A DNA stretch of 63,089 bases, the filler included, from Octopus bimaculoides (Eukaryota), in the NCBI RefSeq assembly GCF_001194135.2. It is 5 parts of 5 records of this genome, joined end to end, with 100 filler letters (N's around TTAATTAATTAA, not from the genome) between each part and the next. Parts side by side here need not be neighbours in the genome. Positions count along the whole stretch, not along the records: positions 39,338 to 61,142 come from NC_068998.1; positions 61,243 to 63,089 come from NW_026383023.1; 3 more parts are not named here. The stretch is one strand, 5' to 3'. This document shows, piece by piece, positions 51,106 to 63,089 of the stretch. The translations under genes and the position numbers were made by a program. The first letter of the stretch is position 1. Each line of letters starts with the position of its first letter. The notes beneath the pieces were generated by a model. The model saw only the letters and a program-made list of their open reading frames with translations, searched no databases and was not told where the DNA came from.

Positions 51106-51654
51106 TATGTGTGTTGTCTGTGTGTGTGTGTGTTTCATGCGTGTAGGTGTTGCGTGTGTGTGTGTATGGGTGTGTTGCATGTGAGTGTGTTGCGTATGCG
51201 TGCGCGCGCGCACGTGTATGTGTTTGTATGCTATTGGCCATCAAATGACGGAGCACCTTTGGAAGAATACATTTGATTCCATGGATAATATTGGCAACAT
51301 GGTATACATACAATAATTATAGTTTAACTTTTAGCAAACTCTTTGGTGCTTATCCAAATTGATGAAACGAATACGGATTTTCAAAAGAAAAATATTTATT
51401 ACTTCCCAATAAAATTAAAAACAAATTTCTCATTTGCATAACTCCTCCCATAACTACGCTATCATTTTATTCCCTTTCGTTTTCCTCTCCTACTTGGCTT
51501 CAGTTCCTATGATTCTTTCTTTCTCTTCATCCTGCACTTCTCTCTGTTTATTTTATTACTCTATTTCTCTCTCTCTCTCTCCCTCTTTCTATACGACGTA
51601 CATCGTGGTTACAGAATTCAAGCAACTACCATTTGTATCAGCTACCATCATATC

Positions 51655-51912
51655 CTTTTCTGCTTTAGGCACAATGCCCGAAATTTTGGGACAGGGGAGC
51701 AGTTCATTAGATTGACCGCAGTATGCAGCTGGTACTTAATTTATCGACCCCGCAAGGATGAAAAGCAAAGTCGACCAACGGCGGAAGTTCAACTCAGAAA
51801 ATATACATATTCTTTTCTACTCTACGCACAAGAACCGAAATTTTGGGGAGGGGCCAGTCGATTAGATCGAACCAGTATGCAACTGGTACTTAATTTATCG
51901 ACCCCGAAAGTA
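51655..51912 (-). mobile_element. Two tandem SINE A 3' halves
   Basis: CTGGTACTTAATTTATCGACCCC appears twice (~51729 and ~51883). Confidence 0.8.
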
Positions 51913-52232
51913 TGAATTTCTTATAATACCGAAAAGCAGTTTACCCGACATGCTAAACGAAAATCCGACAAACGTGCACTAGACGTCTGTAGTTTAACCA
52001 TAGCTCTCGGGTACTGACGCGACCTCTCTGCACGAAAATTTTCACGAATGTGCAGGAAGGCTGACATCATGTCCCATTCAAGGTGTCATGCAATGGGACT
52101 CATACCACGACAATATAACTGGGAAGGAGTCTTCTTACCGTACACTCAGCCTACGCCTGTGTATATTTTCACATGTATGAATACACCTTCATACATACAC
52201 ATAATATACGGATGTATTTACATATGAATAGT

Positions 52233-52545
52233 GAAGGCGCTTGGTTGAGTGGTTAGATTAATCGGCTCACGATCGTAATGCCGTTAGTTTAATTCACGGT
52301 GGCAAGTTGTAACCTTCACCAAACAAATTTATCTCACGTTGCACCAATCCACTCAGCTGGCAAAAATTAGTGGTACCTATAATCCAAAGTACCTGCCATG
52401 TCACGTTCTGAGTCATGCTGAATCTCCCAGAGAACTAAGGTAAGAACTACGGTGTCAGTAGAGTGTTCAGTCAGTTACACGTTAATTTCACGAGCAGGTT
52501 GTTCTGTTGATCGGATCAACTGTTACCCTCGTCGTCGTAACCGAC
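52233..52545 (+). mobile_element. SINE family C, near full length and diverged
   Basis: GAAGGCGCTTGGTTGAGTGGTTAG...CCACTCAGCTGGCAAAAAT...CCCTCGTCGTCGTAACCGAC. Confidence 0.7.
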
Positions 52546-54123
52546 AACATGACAATTGTGTAAGAATATGTAACTCCCTCTCTCTCTCGTTCTCTCTCTA
52601 TACACACACACACACACACATATATANNNNNNNNNNNNNNNNNNNNNNNNNNNNNNNNNNNNNNNNNNNNNNNNNNNNNNNNNNNNNNNNNNNNNNNNNN
52701 NNNNNNNNNNNNNNNNNNNNNNNNNNNNNNNNNNNNNNNNNNNNNNNNNNNNNNNNNNNNNNNNNNNNNNNNNNNNNNNNNNNNNNNNNNNNNNNNNNNN
52801 NNNNNNNNNNNNNNNNNNNNNNNNNNNNNNNNNNNNNNNNNNNNNNNNNNNNNNNNNNNNNNNNNNNNNNNNNNNNNNNNNNNNNNNNNNNNNNNNNNNN
52901 NNNNNNNNNNNNNNNNNNNNNNNNNNNNNNNNNNNNNNNNNNNNNNNNNNNNNNNNNNNNNNNNNNNNNNNNNNNNNNNNNNNNNNNNNNNNNNNNNNNN
53001 NNNNNNNNNNNNNNNNNNNNNNNNNNNNNNNNNNNNNNNNNNNNNNNNNNNNNNNNNNNNNNNNNNNNNNNNNNNNNNNNNNNNNNNNNNNNNNNNNNNN
53101 NNNNNNNNNNNNNNNNNNNNNNNNNNNNNNNNNNNNNNNNNNNATATGCATGATTATATATACATACATACATCCATGCATACATACATATATAGGTATA
53201 TAACAATATATACATATCTCCCTTTATATTCTCAAATCTAACAGGTCGTCAAATAAATAAGAATGAAATACATGCATTGGTATACACATTGAACTAGACA
53301 TAAACGATCTGTCGAGCGTGGCTGCAATTGGTTGGTTGAAATCCTTTAAACATTTATATGTTTAAACGTAATTCATACATATCAACGTAATATACTTACG
53401 TGATTCACTGTCTTTTGCAGTACTCCCTTAAATTTGATACTATATTTATCAAACATAAAATATTCCGAATTATTGAGCATTTTCTAATAAATCCACTCGC
53501 TTAGACGCATTCATATGTGCATTGAAAACCACATGTATCTATTATATATTATTTACAATGTGGTTGTAAGTCTACTTTAAATTCTCATTAATTCTATCAT
53601 CTCTCAGATGATCAGTTTAGGGAGTTTTATAGCTTTAGAGATGTATCATTCCCTGAACATGATACATATAGTACAATCAAAACTGTTCAAATCCTGTTCC
53701 ACTTTACATATAGACAGTACTGTATCCCGAAGAAATTAAATTTGAATATCTCATTCAATCATTTTCTGATAAATATCTCGTAATATTTATTTCTCGTAGC
53801 TTAGATGAGTTAAGATGTCCAATGCGAAGTATATTTGTATCTGTATATCTTGTTGCGGTCTTCAGTGCGTTTAATAGCCTCAGAGAGAAGATTTTATTTT
53901 AACTCCCATTCATGTATAAACATTGCGTTTTCATATGAAATGATATATAGGATGTGAAATATAACACACACACACATATATATATATGGGTGTATATGTA
54001 TGTGTATATTTCTGTGTTGGTGTATGTGTGCCTGCATGTGCATGCGTATGTTTATGTCGCTAATCAATATATATACATATATATAATATGCATCTAGACA
54101 CACACATATATACATACATCATA

Positions 54124-54157
<34 letters not shown>

Positions 54158-54282
54158 GCATAATTGTATATATATATATATATATAAATTCTGTAAAAAA
54201 TAATAATAGTATTTTATATGTTTAAAGCGATCATCGCGCAATGATTAAAGAAATAGTCTAATAATGGAGTATACTAGCCACG

Positions 54283-54638
54283 CGTGGGACTCGAACTCAC
54301 GCGACATCTTGTTTACGCGGCTAAATGTGCTACCGATTATACTAGCGAACCAACCTACATTTCTACGTAAGATTTAAGAAGTATAGTTAGTTCATAGTTG
54401 TTTTTGTAAACAAACTTTTATGTGCTTTCATTGTTATGGCTTCCTTAAGCAGTGTCGATTTTTACAATTGTGTAAATAATAATAATTTCTGAAAGCACAT
54501 GAAAGTTTGTTTACAAAAAACAAATACGAACTAATTATAGCTCTTAAATAAGATAGAAAAAAAAATCAGGTTGATTCGCTGGTGTAATCGGTAGCACACG
54601 TGGTGTAGTAAACAAGAGGTCTGCGTTCGATTTCCACG
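54283..54638. repeat. Long inverted repeat (~148-bp arms, 59-nt spacer) with outward-facing tRNA-like ends
   Basis: 54283-54430 is the reverse complement of 54490-54638 (e.g. TTTTTGTAAACAAACTTTTATGTGCTTTCA / TGAAAGCACATGAAAGTTTGTTTACAAAAA). A box TGGTGTAATCGG (54580) and B box GTTCGATT (54625) occur in the right arm and are mirrored in the left. Confidence 0.85.
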
Positions 54639-57074
54639 CAGCAATCAAAATATCCTGAACGTGACTTTAATTCAACTAAGTAGTTGTGAAGAAACTGAAG
54701 CACGTAACAAAATAATTAAAAACCGTAGTAACTAAATTATTCATTGAGACAAATTTATTTTTCTTAGACCATCAAAAACATTTGACAATGAGTTAAGCCA
54801 TACTCTCATAATGAGCTTTTCAAGTAATGAAGATCTGCAAGTAGTTTTAAGCAGAAAATCTGATATATAAAACATAAAGATTATACACTTTCTTGCCACT
54901 ATGTATGTCTGTGTATGTGTGTATTTATGCATGTACTGTATGCAAACACATGAAGATTATATTATTCGGAAGTATGTTTTTACACGCGCTCATTTTTGCT
55001 TTTTACTTTTTACTTTTGCCTTTCCAATCTTCCTATGGTAGCATCCTGTGTCATACCTGTTGTCCCCTTATATACATACACTCTCCTTTTCTCACCTACT
55101 CTGTCTTTCTCTCTCTCCTCTACTTTCTTTTTGTCACTAATATGCTACATGTATTCTCTCTTTATCAACGTTGGGGAAACTGATGTAATAATGTCGCTAT
55201 TCAATTTACTAATACATATTCAATAATGAATAAAAAAAAAATCAAACAAAAAATTACTGTTTCTCACTTCACTTCCATATTAACAATAATCGTAATAGAA
55301 ATCAGCATTATTATTATCATGACCATCGTAATCATGTCTCTCTTATAATATTAATAATAATCATCTAGACTGCCAGCTCCATTAACAAAATTAATATCGC
55401 CATCATTATCATCATTAGTGTCTTCAGCAAGCCTATCATCACCACCATCCTATCACCACCGTAAACATGTCTATTTTTGGTGTTGTTTTGTATTGTAAGT
55501 AATTATTATTGCGCTTGTTATTATTGTTATTATTATTTATATTTATCAGTTGTAAACGTGATTTTCGAGTAATAAGAAAAACGCATTAATTTACAAATTG
55601 GATTGTTATTTTATTTTACACAAGTGAACCTATTTTTGTGCTGCTGTTTTATTCTATCCGTCTGGTAGAGAGAGAAAAGAGACTTAACTTTCGAATTGTT
55701 TTTTTCTTCTTGGTGTTTGCTGTCTGTCTATTTTTTTTAAAAAAGCAATTGTAGACATGTCATTTAGTGAGCTGGCAAAAGGAATTATACCGTCGCAGCA
55801 TTGGTGGCCAAATGTAGGTTTCCTAAAATACATCATGCAAACTTTAACAAAATTAAACAGAAAGGAGAAAAAATATATTTGCAGAAGTAAAAGAAACGCC
55901 AGTTGCAAATACAGACTCCTATGCTAAAAAATAAAATAAAATAAGAACATTTGAGATACACAGGATAATGTTTTAAAAATTGTTTTGTCCGACTGACAAA
56001 GAAAGAATAACGTGAAAAATATGTAATACAAGCAACCGTGGTTTCTTTTACTGCTGAATGCATTTAAGAAGAGGCAAGCTAACAGAGTAGACCTGACTGG
56101 GTTTAGCCAATCAGTGTCTATAGAAACACTAGAGTAGAAAGGTAACACACTAGACGAAGAAGTGCCGTAGACGTAAAGGGCATTCAACCAGTTCTATAAC
56201 GCACAATTTCAAACTACGCATTCTAAAACACTTGGGACCAAACGCCGTTCTCTGAATCCGGTTAGTGGGCGTGATGTGGAAAAAAAAATCGAATAGGTTA
56301 ATGAACCTATGAATGAATGATATTCGATTCTAAGCATTTGATTGCAGCTTTCCAGCTGCATTTCACTAGGACTGAAATTGGTAGACATCAATACATATTT
56401 ATAAAGATTTTTATATTTTCGTCTAGATGATCACAAACTTCGTTGTGTTTTGCTCCATCATTGGTATTGTTCAATGGCTTTCTGTTTTGTTTTGTTTTTT
56501 GAGGAACTGTTCGGTCCAGAAACACTAGCAAATAGGTATTGAGATGAAATTAAGAGTGACAAGATCTATAATCAATTGCATTCGTGACTTGTTTGTTCTT
56601 CGTTTTTAAGATATGGAGGAAAACATTATTTAATGTTCTCCTCCCACACACTCACACATACAGATACACAAGCATGCATACACACACGCACACATAGACA
56701 TACATTCATATATATATATATANNNNNNNNNNNNNNNNNNNNNNNNNNNNNNNNNNNNNNNNNNNNNNNNNNNNNNNNNNNNNNNNNNNNNNNNNNNNNN
56801 NNNNNNNNNNNNNNNNNNNNNNNNNNNNNNNNNNNNNNNNNNNNNNNNNNNNNNNNNNNNNNNNNNNNNNNNNNNNNNNNNNNNNNNNNNNNNNNNNNNN
56901 NNNNNNNNNNNNNNNNNNNNNNNNNNNNNNNNNNNNNNNNNNNNNNNNNNNNNNNNNNNNNNNNNNNNNNNNNNNNNNNNNNNNNNNNNNNNNNNNNNNN
57001 NNNNNNNNNNNNNNNNNNNNNNNNNNNNNNNNNNNNNNNNNNNNNNNNNNNNNNNNNNATATATAGATATGTAA

Positions 57075-57151
<77 letters not shown>

Positions 57152-57414
57152 TGTGTCTGTGTGTATATATATATAAGGGTGATTTCGATACAATTTCTAG
57201 TTTATGACAAAATTTTGATTAATTAGCCTTGTAGATGTCAGACATTGATAGCAATATCAAACGCTGAGGAATAGAAATTCTTAATCAGTTTCGGAGAGAG
57301 TCTGTTAGGCCATTTCCCATTCCCGTCTGTTGAGATAAAGTTTTTGAATGCGAAACACTTTATCTAACAGACTGCAACAATGCGACATATTTCTTCAAAA
57401 ACCTATGCACTAGA

Positions 57415-57570
57415 ACTTACCTTACAGACATTATTGCATTAAATAATCAGGGGTTGATGATTAATCATTATGTTTTGAGTGTAAACATATATAAATTACG
57501 TTTTGTAAACAGCCGTCACCCCTTTGATTTGCAACCAATCAGTCATTTAAAAGAATGGAGAGACGGAAGT
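57415..57570 (-). promoter_or_regulatory. Candidate Pol II promoter and first-exon donor
   Basis: On the minus strand, in order: Ets ACTTCCG (57570-57564), ATTGG (57539-57535), two TGTTTAC, TATATAT (57493-57487), then ATG TCT GTA AG|GTAAGT (consensus donor, intron from 57420). These are short motifs in AT-rich DNA. Confidence 0.3.
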
Positions 57571-57653
57571 CATATAACAGACTTTCAGATGGATGCCATT
57601 TCTGACCTATACGTTTCTTCATCATAGCTTACGTCTCGTTCATTTTCTTCAGA

Positions 57654-57736
57654 TTTTTTTCAATTATCCATTTCTTCTGATTTCTCGTTTCTTTCAGACA
57701 GCCTGCTAGAATTTCTTATATATACACACACGCACG

Positions 57737-57779
<43 letters not shown>

Positions 57780-58178
57780 ACACACACACACACATGTATA
57801 ACTTAACGAAGGTGACTATAAAGTATTGTGTGCACACCTCAAATGCTTGATGCATCTGGTCACATCTTCAGTGATGTGCCTGGTATCATCTGGTGTATCG
57901 GGTCTTTCAACATCATACACTCACCTCCATGTGACCCAGCTGGGACTGATCAAACCCCAGCTTGTATCCAGATGACCAACTACCTACCTCATGGATCTCC
58001 TCTTTTGGTCCACAGCAATCTTGTGGCCCTCTCGGCCGCGTTGATGGTACTGCGGATGGCTTTCCTCCTTCTCACTCACTCAATGCCCAAACTACTGAAG
58101 AATTTTTTTCAATTGTCCGTTTCTTTCTGATTTCTCATTTCTTTCAGATAACCTGGAAGAATTTCTTACACACACAGA

Positions 58179-58223
<45 letters not shown>

Positions 58224-58297
58224 ACACATACACACACACATACACACACACACACACAGATATATATGTATAACATAACGAAGACGATTATAAAGTA
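57654..58297 (+). repeat. Direct repeat (57654-57825 / 58103-58297) exactly flanking the HERO fragment
   Basis: TTTTTTTCAATT(A/G)TCC(A/G)TTTC..TTCTGATTTCTC(G/A)TTTCTTTCAGA...GAATTTCTTA-(CA)n-TGTATAAC(T/A)TAACGAAG....ATAAAGTA in both copies. Confidence 0.85.
57826..58102 (-). mobile_element. HERO-type (restriction-like endonuclease) LINE 3' fragment
   Basis: FSSLGIE*VRRRKAIRSTINAAERATRLLWTKRGDP* matches the recalled HERO tail LGI.G..RRKAI.....AAE.A.RWLW.KR.DPW. The 3' UTR has GTATGATGTTGAAAGACCCG...CACATCACTGAAGATGTG. Confidence 0.7.
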
Positions 58298-59169
58298 AGT
58301 AAATACACGTGTGTGTTTGTATGTATGCAGGTGTGTGTGCATATATCTATAAATACGTGTGTGTGTGTGTGTGTGTGTGTGTACATATAGATATATGTAT
58401 ATATACATATATGTTTGTACACTCACATTTATGCATACACATACATGCATATACATGCCTCTGTGTGTGTCTGTCTTCATATGTATGCGTGTATGTATAC
58501 GGTCGTGTGATTCTGTCGCCTTTTATGTGTGTGTGTGTATGTGTGTGTTTATATGTGTGTGTTTATGTGTGAGTGTGCGTGTGCTTCTCTGTCCGTATTT
58601 CCTATGTAAGTCAATATTTACTTAACTATGTATCTATCTGATAGATACATAGATACGACACCTGAGTTGTAGGGGACGGGTAAGATGATCCCATCGATAT
58701 CAAAACAAAAATGGTACTTTATTGATACGGAAACGTGAAGCTGAAGCTCAAAGTTGAGCACAGCAAGATTTGAACTCAGAATTTGCAGAACAGGAACAAA
58801 TATGGCAAGAACCTCATGATTTTACTCAACGACTTACATTATACAAGACATAACTGATGACCTTGATAATATAATTTAATTATATACACAGTGCAAATAA
58901 TCACGCAAATACTGAAATATATTAATCATAGTGCAAATTACAAACACTGCTTATACGCAGATCAAAGGAAAGCTATGTAAGTACAAATATTGTGCACATA
59001 CAACCGTTTAGACGAGTACATATGCGTTTTGTTTTATTCTAAATCATTTCCATACTTGTAAATGATCTTTATAGGTATGAGTGTAAATGTGTCCATTTTC
59101 CCTCTCTATCTCTCTTACCATACATTTATAAACATATATACATACATATACATATGCATACATTATATA

Positions 59170-59202
<33 letters not shown>

Positions 59203-59206
59203 GTAA

Positions 59207-59273
<67 letters not shown>

Positions 59274-59400
59274 CGTACGCGTCTGCATTATGTGGGTGGG
59301 ATTAAATGCAAGTATGTGGTTCTCTCCATATATATTGAAGAATAGAATATTTCATCACTATACAAGGTATGAAATCTTTATCTCTGTCTCTGTCTCTGTC

Positions 59401-59465
<65 letters not shown>

Positions 59466-60297
59466 ATATATATATATATATAACCTCTCACAGACACACC
59501 AGTATCTACGCATATGTGCATATAAGTGCGTGTGTATAAAGCTGCATCATTCTCGCATATATTTGTGCGTATATTTTTAATATCTACACATGAGTGTGAT
59601 TGCGTGCGTGATTTTGTACGCATATGCGCAGCCATGTATGTATGTATGTATGTATGTATGTGTGTATGTTTTTATGTATGTATGAAAGTGTATATTTTAT
59701 ATGTTTATGCATGTTTGTGTATCAACATCGTTCTCATACATTCTAGTACATGTACAATATTACTAATACTACGCGCTCTGTAAAATTCCTTCCAGGGCTG
59801 AAAATAATAATGGTAAAAATAATAAAAAAAGAACATAAAAGAACTCTCAGCATTTGCACTTAGAATTTTGTATAAACATTGAATAATCACTATTATGTGC
59901 AGTAGGTAGTTTGATGATAACCAAAGTAAAAATTTGAAAAAAAGGAATCAGAACAATGTATAAGAAAAAAAAATACAACGTAAATTAAACAACAATTTTG
60001 GTAGTTGTATACTGTACTTGACAATAAAGCAATTTGAAATAGTAAGGTTCAACAAGTTTGAAACAGATTTCGAAATAATATGTCGTTTACCTTTGAAAGA
60101 TTTATTGAACATAAATACGTTTGGTTGAATGAATGTATGAATGTATATAGTGTTAAAATTGTGTGTGTTTGAATGTAGCCATGCATGTAGTCATTGGTAC
60201 ATGTATACACGTAATCATGGATATCTGGTAACATATATTGATGTCTACACATATTAATTTGTATCTACCTATCTATCTATCCGTCTGTCTCTCTCTG

Positions 60298-60361
<64 letters not shown>

Positions 60362-60415
60362 ACTCTCTATCTATCTATCTATCGATCCATCCATCCATCT
60401 GCCTCTCTGTCTATC

Positions 60416-60484
<69 letters not shown>

Positions 60485-60594
60485 GTGTCTACCTATCTGT
60501 CTGTCTGTCTAACTATCTCTCAGTCTCTCTGTGTATAGGTGTGTGTGAACGTATGTGTACGTGTGTATAGATAGAGAGACAGATAGATAGATAA

Positions 60595-60651
<57 letters not shown>

Positions 60652-61095
60652 CATAATGTCTGACGGATAGACAGATATACATTCACCCACCGATATATAT
60701 ACGTGTATTTTTGAGTATCCGTGTGCGCGTGGGTGTCTGTGTGGGTGTGAGTGTGGAGGGTGTTAACCAACACTATATACAGAAACATAGTTTCTAAACA
60801 TTGACACACGGATACATACACACACCCGTACATACATAATACATGCATACACACATACACACATACATACATACGAATCAATACTCAATAACTTTAATCA
60901 CCTTCCTGATCGATCAGGGCCGATGTGCAGATGAGCAACGACAATAAAATAGCTGAAAGCAAGACCAGAATAACTACATATTTAAATAACTCATTTTATT
61001 GCTTTAATATCAACCAAGCTACATAGTCACGTAGGATGCATATCCAGTCTATGTTAGTGAACACACAATGTGAATACATACATACACACACACAC

Positions 61096-61142
<47 letters not shown>

Positions 61143-61459
61143 NNNNNNNNNNNNNNNNNNNNNNNNNNNNNNNNNNNNNNNNNNNNTTAATTAATTAANN
61201 NNNNNNNNNNNNNNNNNNNNNNNNNNNNNNNNNNNNNNNNNNTCACAATATATAATATATAAATATATAATTTAGAGAAAAACCCCACAATTCTTGAATT
61301 CATCAATGAAAATCCACAGTCACATATAGAAAAATTTAATTATTAAATACGCTAAAGGGATCTATAATAAAAATACAAAGTAATAAGTATTAAAATAATA
61401 AAATAATAAAACGACTACACGTGTTTCATAACCACATTTTCAAATAGAAAATGAAATAA

Positions 61460-61535
61460 AATCAAATCGATTCAAAATAAATCGATCGAAAATCAATTCT
61501 ATTCGAAAATATAGCTAATCTTCAGGTCAAAATAC

Positions 61536-61569
<34 letters not shown>

Positions 61570-62320
61570 TAATAATAAAATGAATGTATATATATCAACT
61601 AACAATAAATAACAAATGAATTTATATAAAAATACTTATTTTACCAGTAAATAAAAGAATAACATTTAACAATATTATTGAAAATAAATGCAATACTTAT
61701 CTTATCGAAGCTTTAGCTTAGGCTAAAATTTTAAACGTTACACTCTTAACTTAGCATTTATCAGAATTAAGTCGCGTGAAAATATGGTTGTAAAGAAAAG
61801 TAATAGAATAAAGAGATATATAAACATGAATGAAAGTTTTATTTATAAAATCACGAATGAAAATTTTATTTATAAAATCAAAATGCATTATAACTTAAAT
61901 CATAATAAAAAAAATAACTGTATTATAAACATTTTCTATAAATTTTAAAATCTAAGTAATTTTAGAGTCTAAAGAATTAAGACTAAAATACATAAATTAT
62001 ATAATATATATCAAAGAAGCTAAAATACTATAAATTAATATATTTACATTAAATAAATAAAATATAATCAAATCGATTAAATCGATCGAAAATCAATTCT
62101 ATTCAAAAATATAGATGATCTTCAGGTCAAAATACAACAGCAACAATAATAAAATGATTGTATATATATCAACCAACAATAAATAACAAATGAATTTATA
62201 TAAAAATACTTGTTATATCAAGATAGAAAAATGTTAAAGAATATTATTAAAAATAAATGTAATACTTATCGTATCGAAAATTATAAACTTGACATTATTA
62301 ACTTTACGTTTATTAGAATA
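61460..62320 (+). repeat. Direct repeat (61460-61770 / 62066-62320) upstream of the PLE RT; possible pseudo-LTRs
   Basis: Shared AATCGATCGAAAATCAATTCTATTC.AAAATATAG...TCTTCAGGTCAAAATACAA...AACAATAAATAACAAATGAATTTATATAAAAATACTT...AATACTTATC.TATCGAA. Confidence 0.85.
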
Positions 62321-62373
62321 TGAACTAACAGAAATATTAAATGTAAAGCTTATCTTAATGAATCTTTCGTTAA

Positions 62374-63089
62374 GATAAAAATAGATATAAATTTATTCAA
62401 ATAGATATTGATAATTATTCTTCTTCTATTAATGAGATTGTGCTTAATAAGGCTCTAATTTATGCAATGAAGAAGGTAGGTATGACTTATGATGAAGTTA
62501 ATGTAGTTAAAATGGCTAGGAAATCGTTGATTAAATATAATGATAAATTGTGGGCTAGGAAAGACACTAGAGACTATTTTGATATACCAATGGGGGCACC
62601 CGATTCAGCACAGGTAACTGATTTAGTAGGTATATATTCATTATCAGAACTTCAACTTGAAAACTTAAAATTGGAGGGTGGTTTATATAGGGATGACTTC
62701 TTATTACTAACTAAGAATTGCACCAATAGAACACTAGAATTATATAAGAAGAGAATATATAGGTTTTTTTAATGGATTAAAGATTACTATATATAATGAG
62801 GACTATAATATAAATTATTTAGATGCTAATTTTAACTTATCAACCGGTAATATCCAACCTTACCATAAGATTAATGGAAATATTAAATATATTAATGAGA
62901 AAAGTAATCTCTCACCCTCAATTAAGAACTTGTTAACATTTATTATAGGTAAGAGAATATCATTACTTTCATCCAATTTAGAGATCTTCGAAAAACGTGC
63001 ACCTTATTACAATGAAACCCTTTATGAGGCGAGATATACTAATCCGAAGTATAATTATAATTTTAATAGTAATGATTATAATATTAATG
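62374..63089 (+). pseudogene. Penelope-like element reverse transcriptase (YRDD type), one frameshift, runs off the window
   Basis: DKNRYKFIQIDIDNYSSSINEIVLNKAL...LWARKDTRDYFDIPMGAPDSAQVTDLVGIYSL...GGLYRDDFLLL...RIYRFF, shift in the T7 run at 62764-62770, then NGLKITI...INYLDANFNLSTGNIQPYHKING..KYINEKSNLSPSIK...KRISLLSSNLEIFEKRAPYYNETL. RT motifs A, B, C and the thumb are in PLE order. Confidence 0.9.

Noticed and set aside
57860-57915. GA(T)A...CTGAAGA in the HERO 3' UTR as a hammerhead
   Set aside because: No pairing stems in hammerhead topology; CACATC-ACTGAA-GATGTG is a simple hairpin.
61500-62130. CTGAAGA (minus strand) in both upstream direct repeats as hammerheads
   Set aside because: A stem-loop follows but no GAAA box or stem III.
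22349-63089. Idea that the two PLE fragments are one element split by 39 kb
   Set aside because: They overlap by roughly 25 codons around RT motif A, differ greatly in decay, and are separated by four synthetic joins.

Overview
This is AT-rich, gap-ridden animal genomic DNA saturated with microsatellites. The tRNA-derived SINE and simple-repeat landscape looks like an Octopus genome (inference from recalled repeat families; no search was run). No host protein-coding gene is recognisable with confidence, and almost all ORF-track entries are microsatellite or N-gap artefacts. What can be read is a layered transposon graveyard: two Penelope-like (PLE) RT fragments (~22.3-23.0 kb, and 62.4 kb to the window end), RTE-type, R4/Dong-type and HERO-type LINE fragments, an internally deleted maT (DD37D-type) Tc1/mariner, several MITEs and more than 20 SINE pieces. 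The most interesting unexplained signal is a set of minimal type I hammerhead-ribozyme motifs with a palindromic ACGU stem III, the dimer-type architecture known from PLEs. One three-copy short repeat has a consensus that rebuilds a complete ribozyme. In a second family, a sister copy begins within 2 nt of the predicted cleavage site. Other oddities are an orphan ORF with a PD-(D/E)xK nuclease-like pattern, a palindrome ending in outward-facing tRNA-like heads, SINE-derived tandem arrays, a LINE flanked by a ~170-195 bp duplication, and weak hints of a minus-strand gene (promoter-like site ~57.5 kb, terminal-exon-like ORF ~47.7 kb). Four N44-TTAATTAATTAA-N44 blocks are synthetic scaffold joins, so adjacency across them is not base-level evidence. 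All family names come from motif recall, and coordinates of degenerate elements are approximate.
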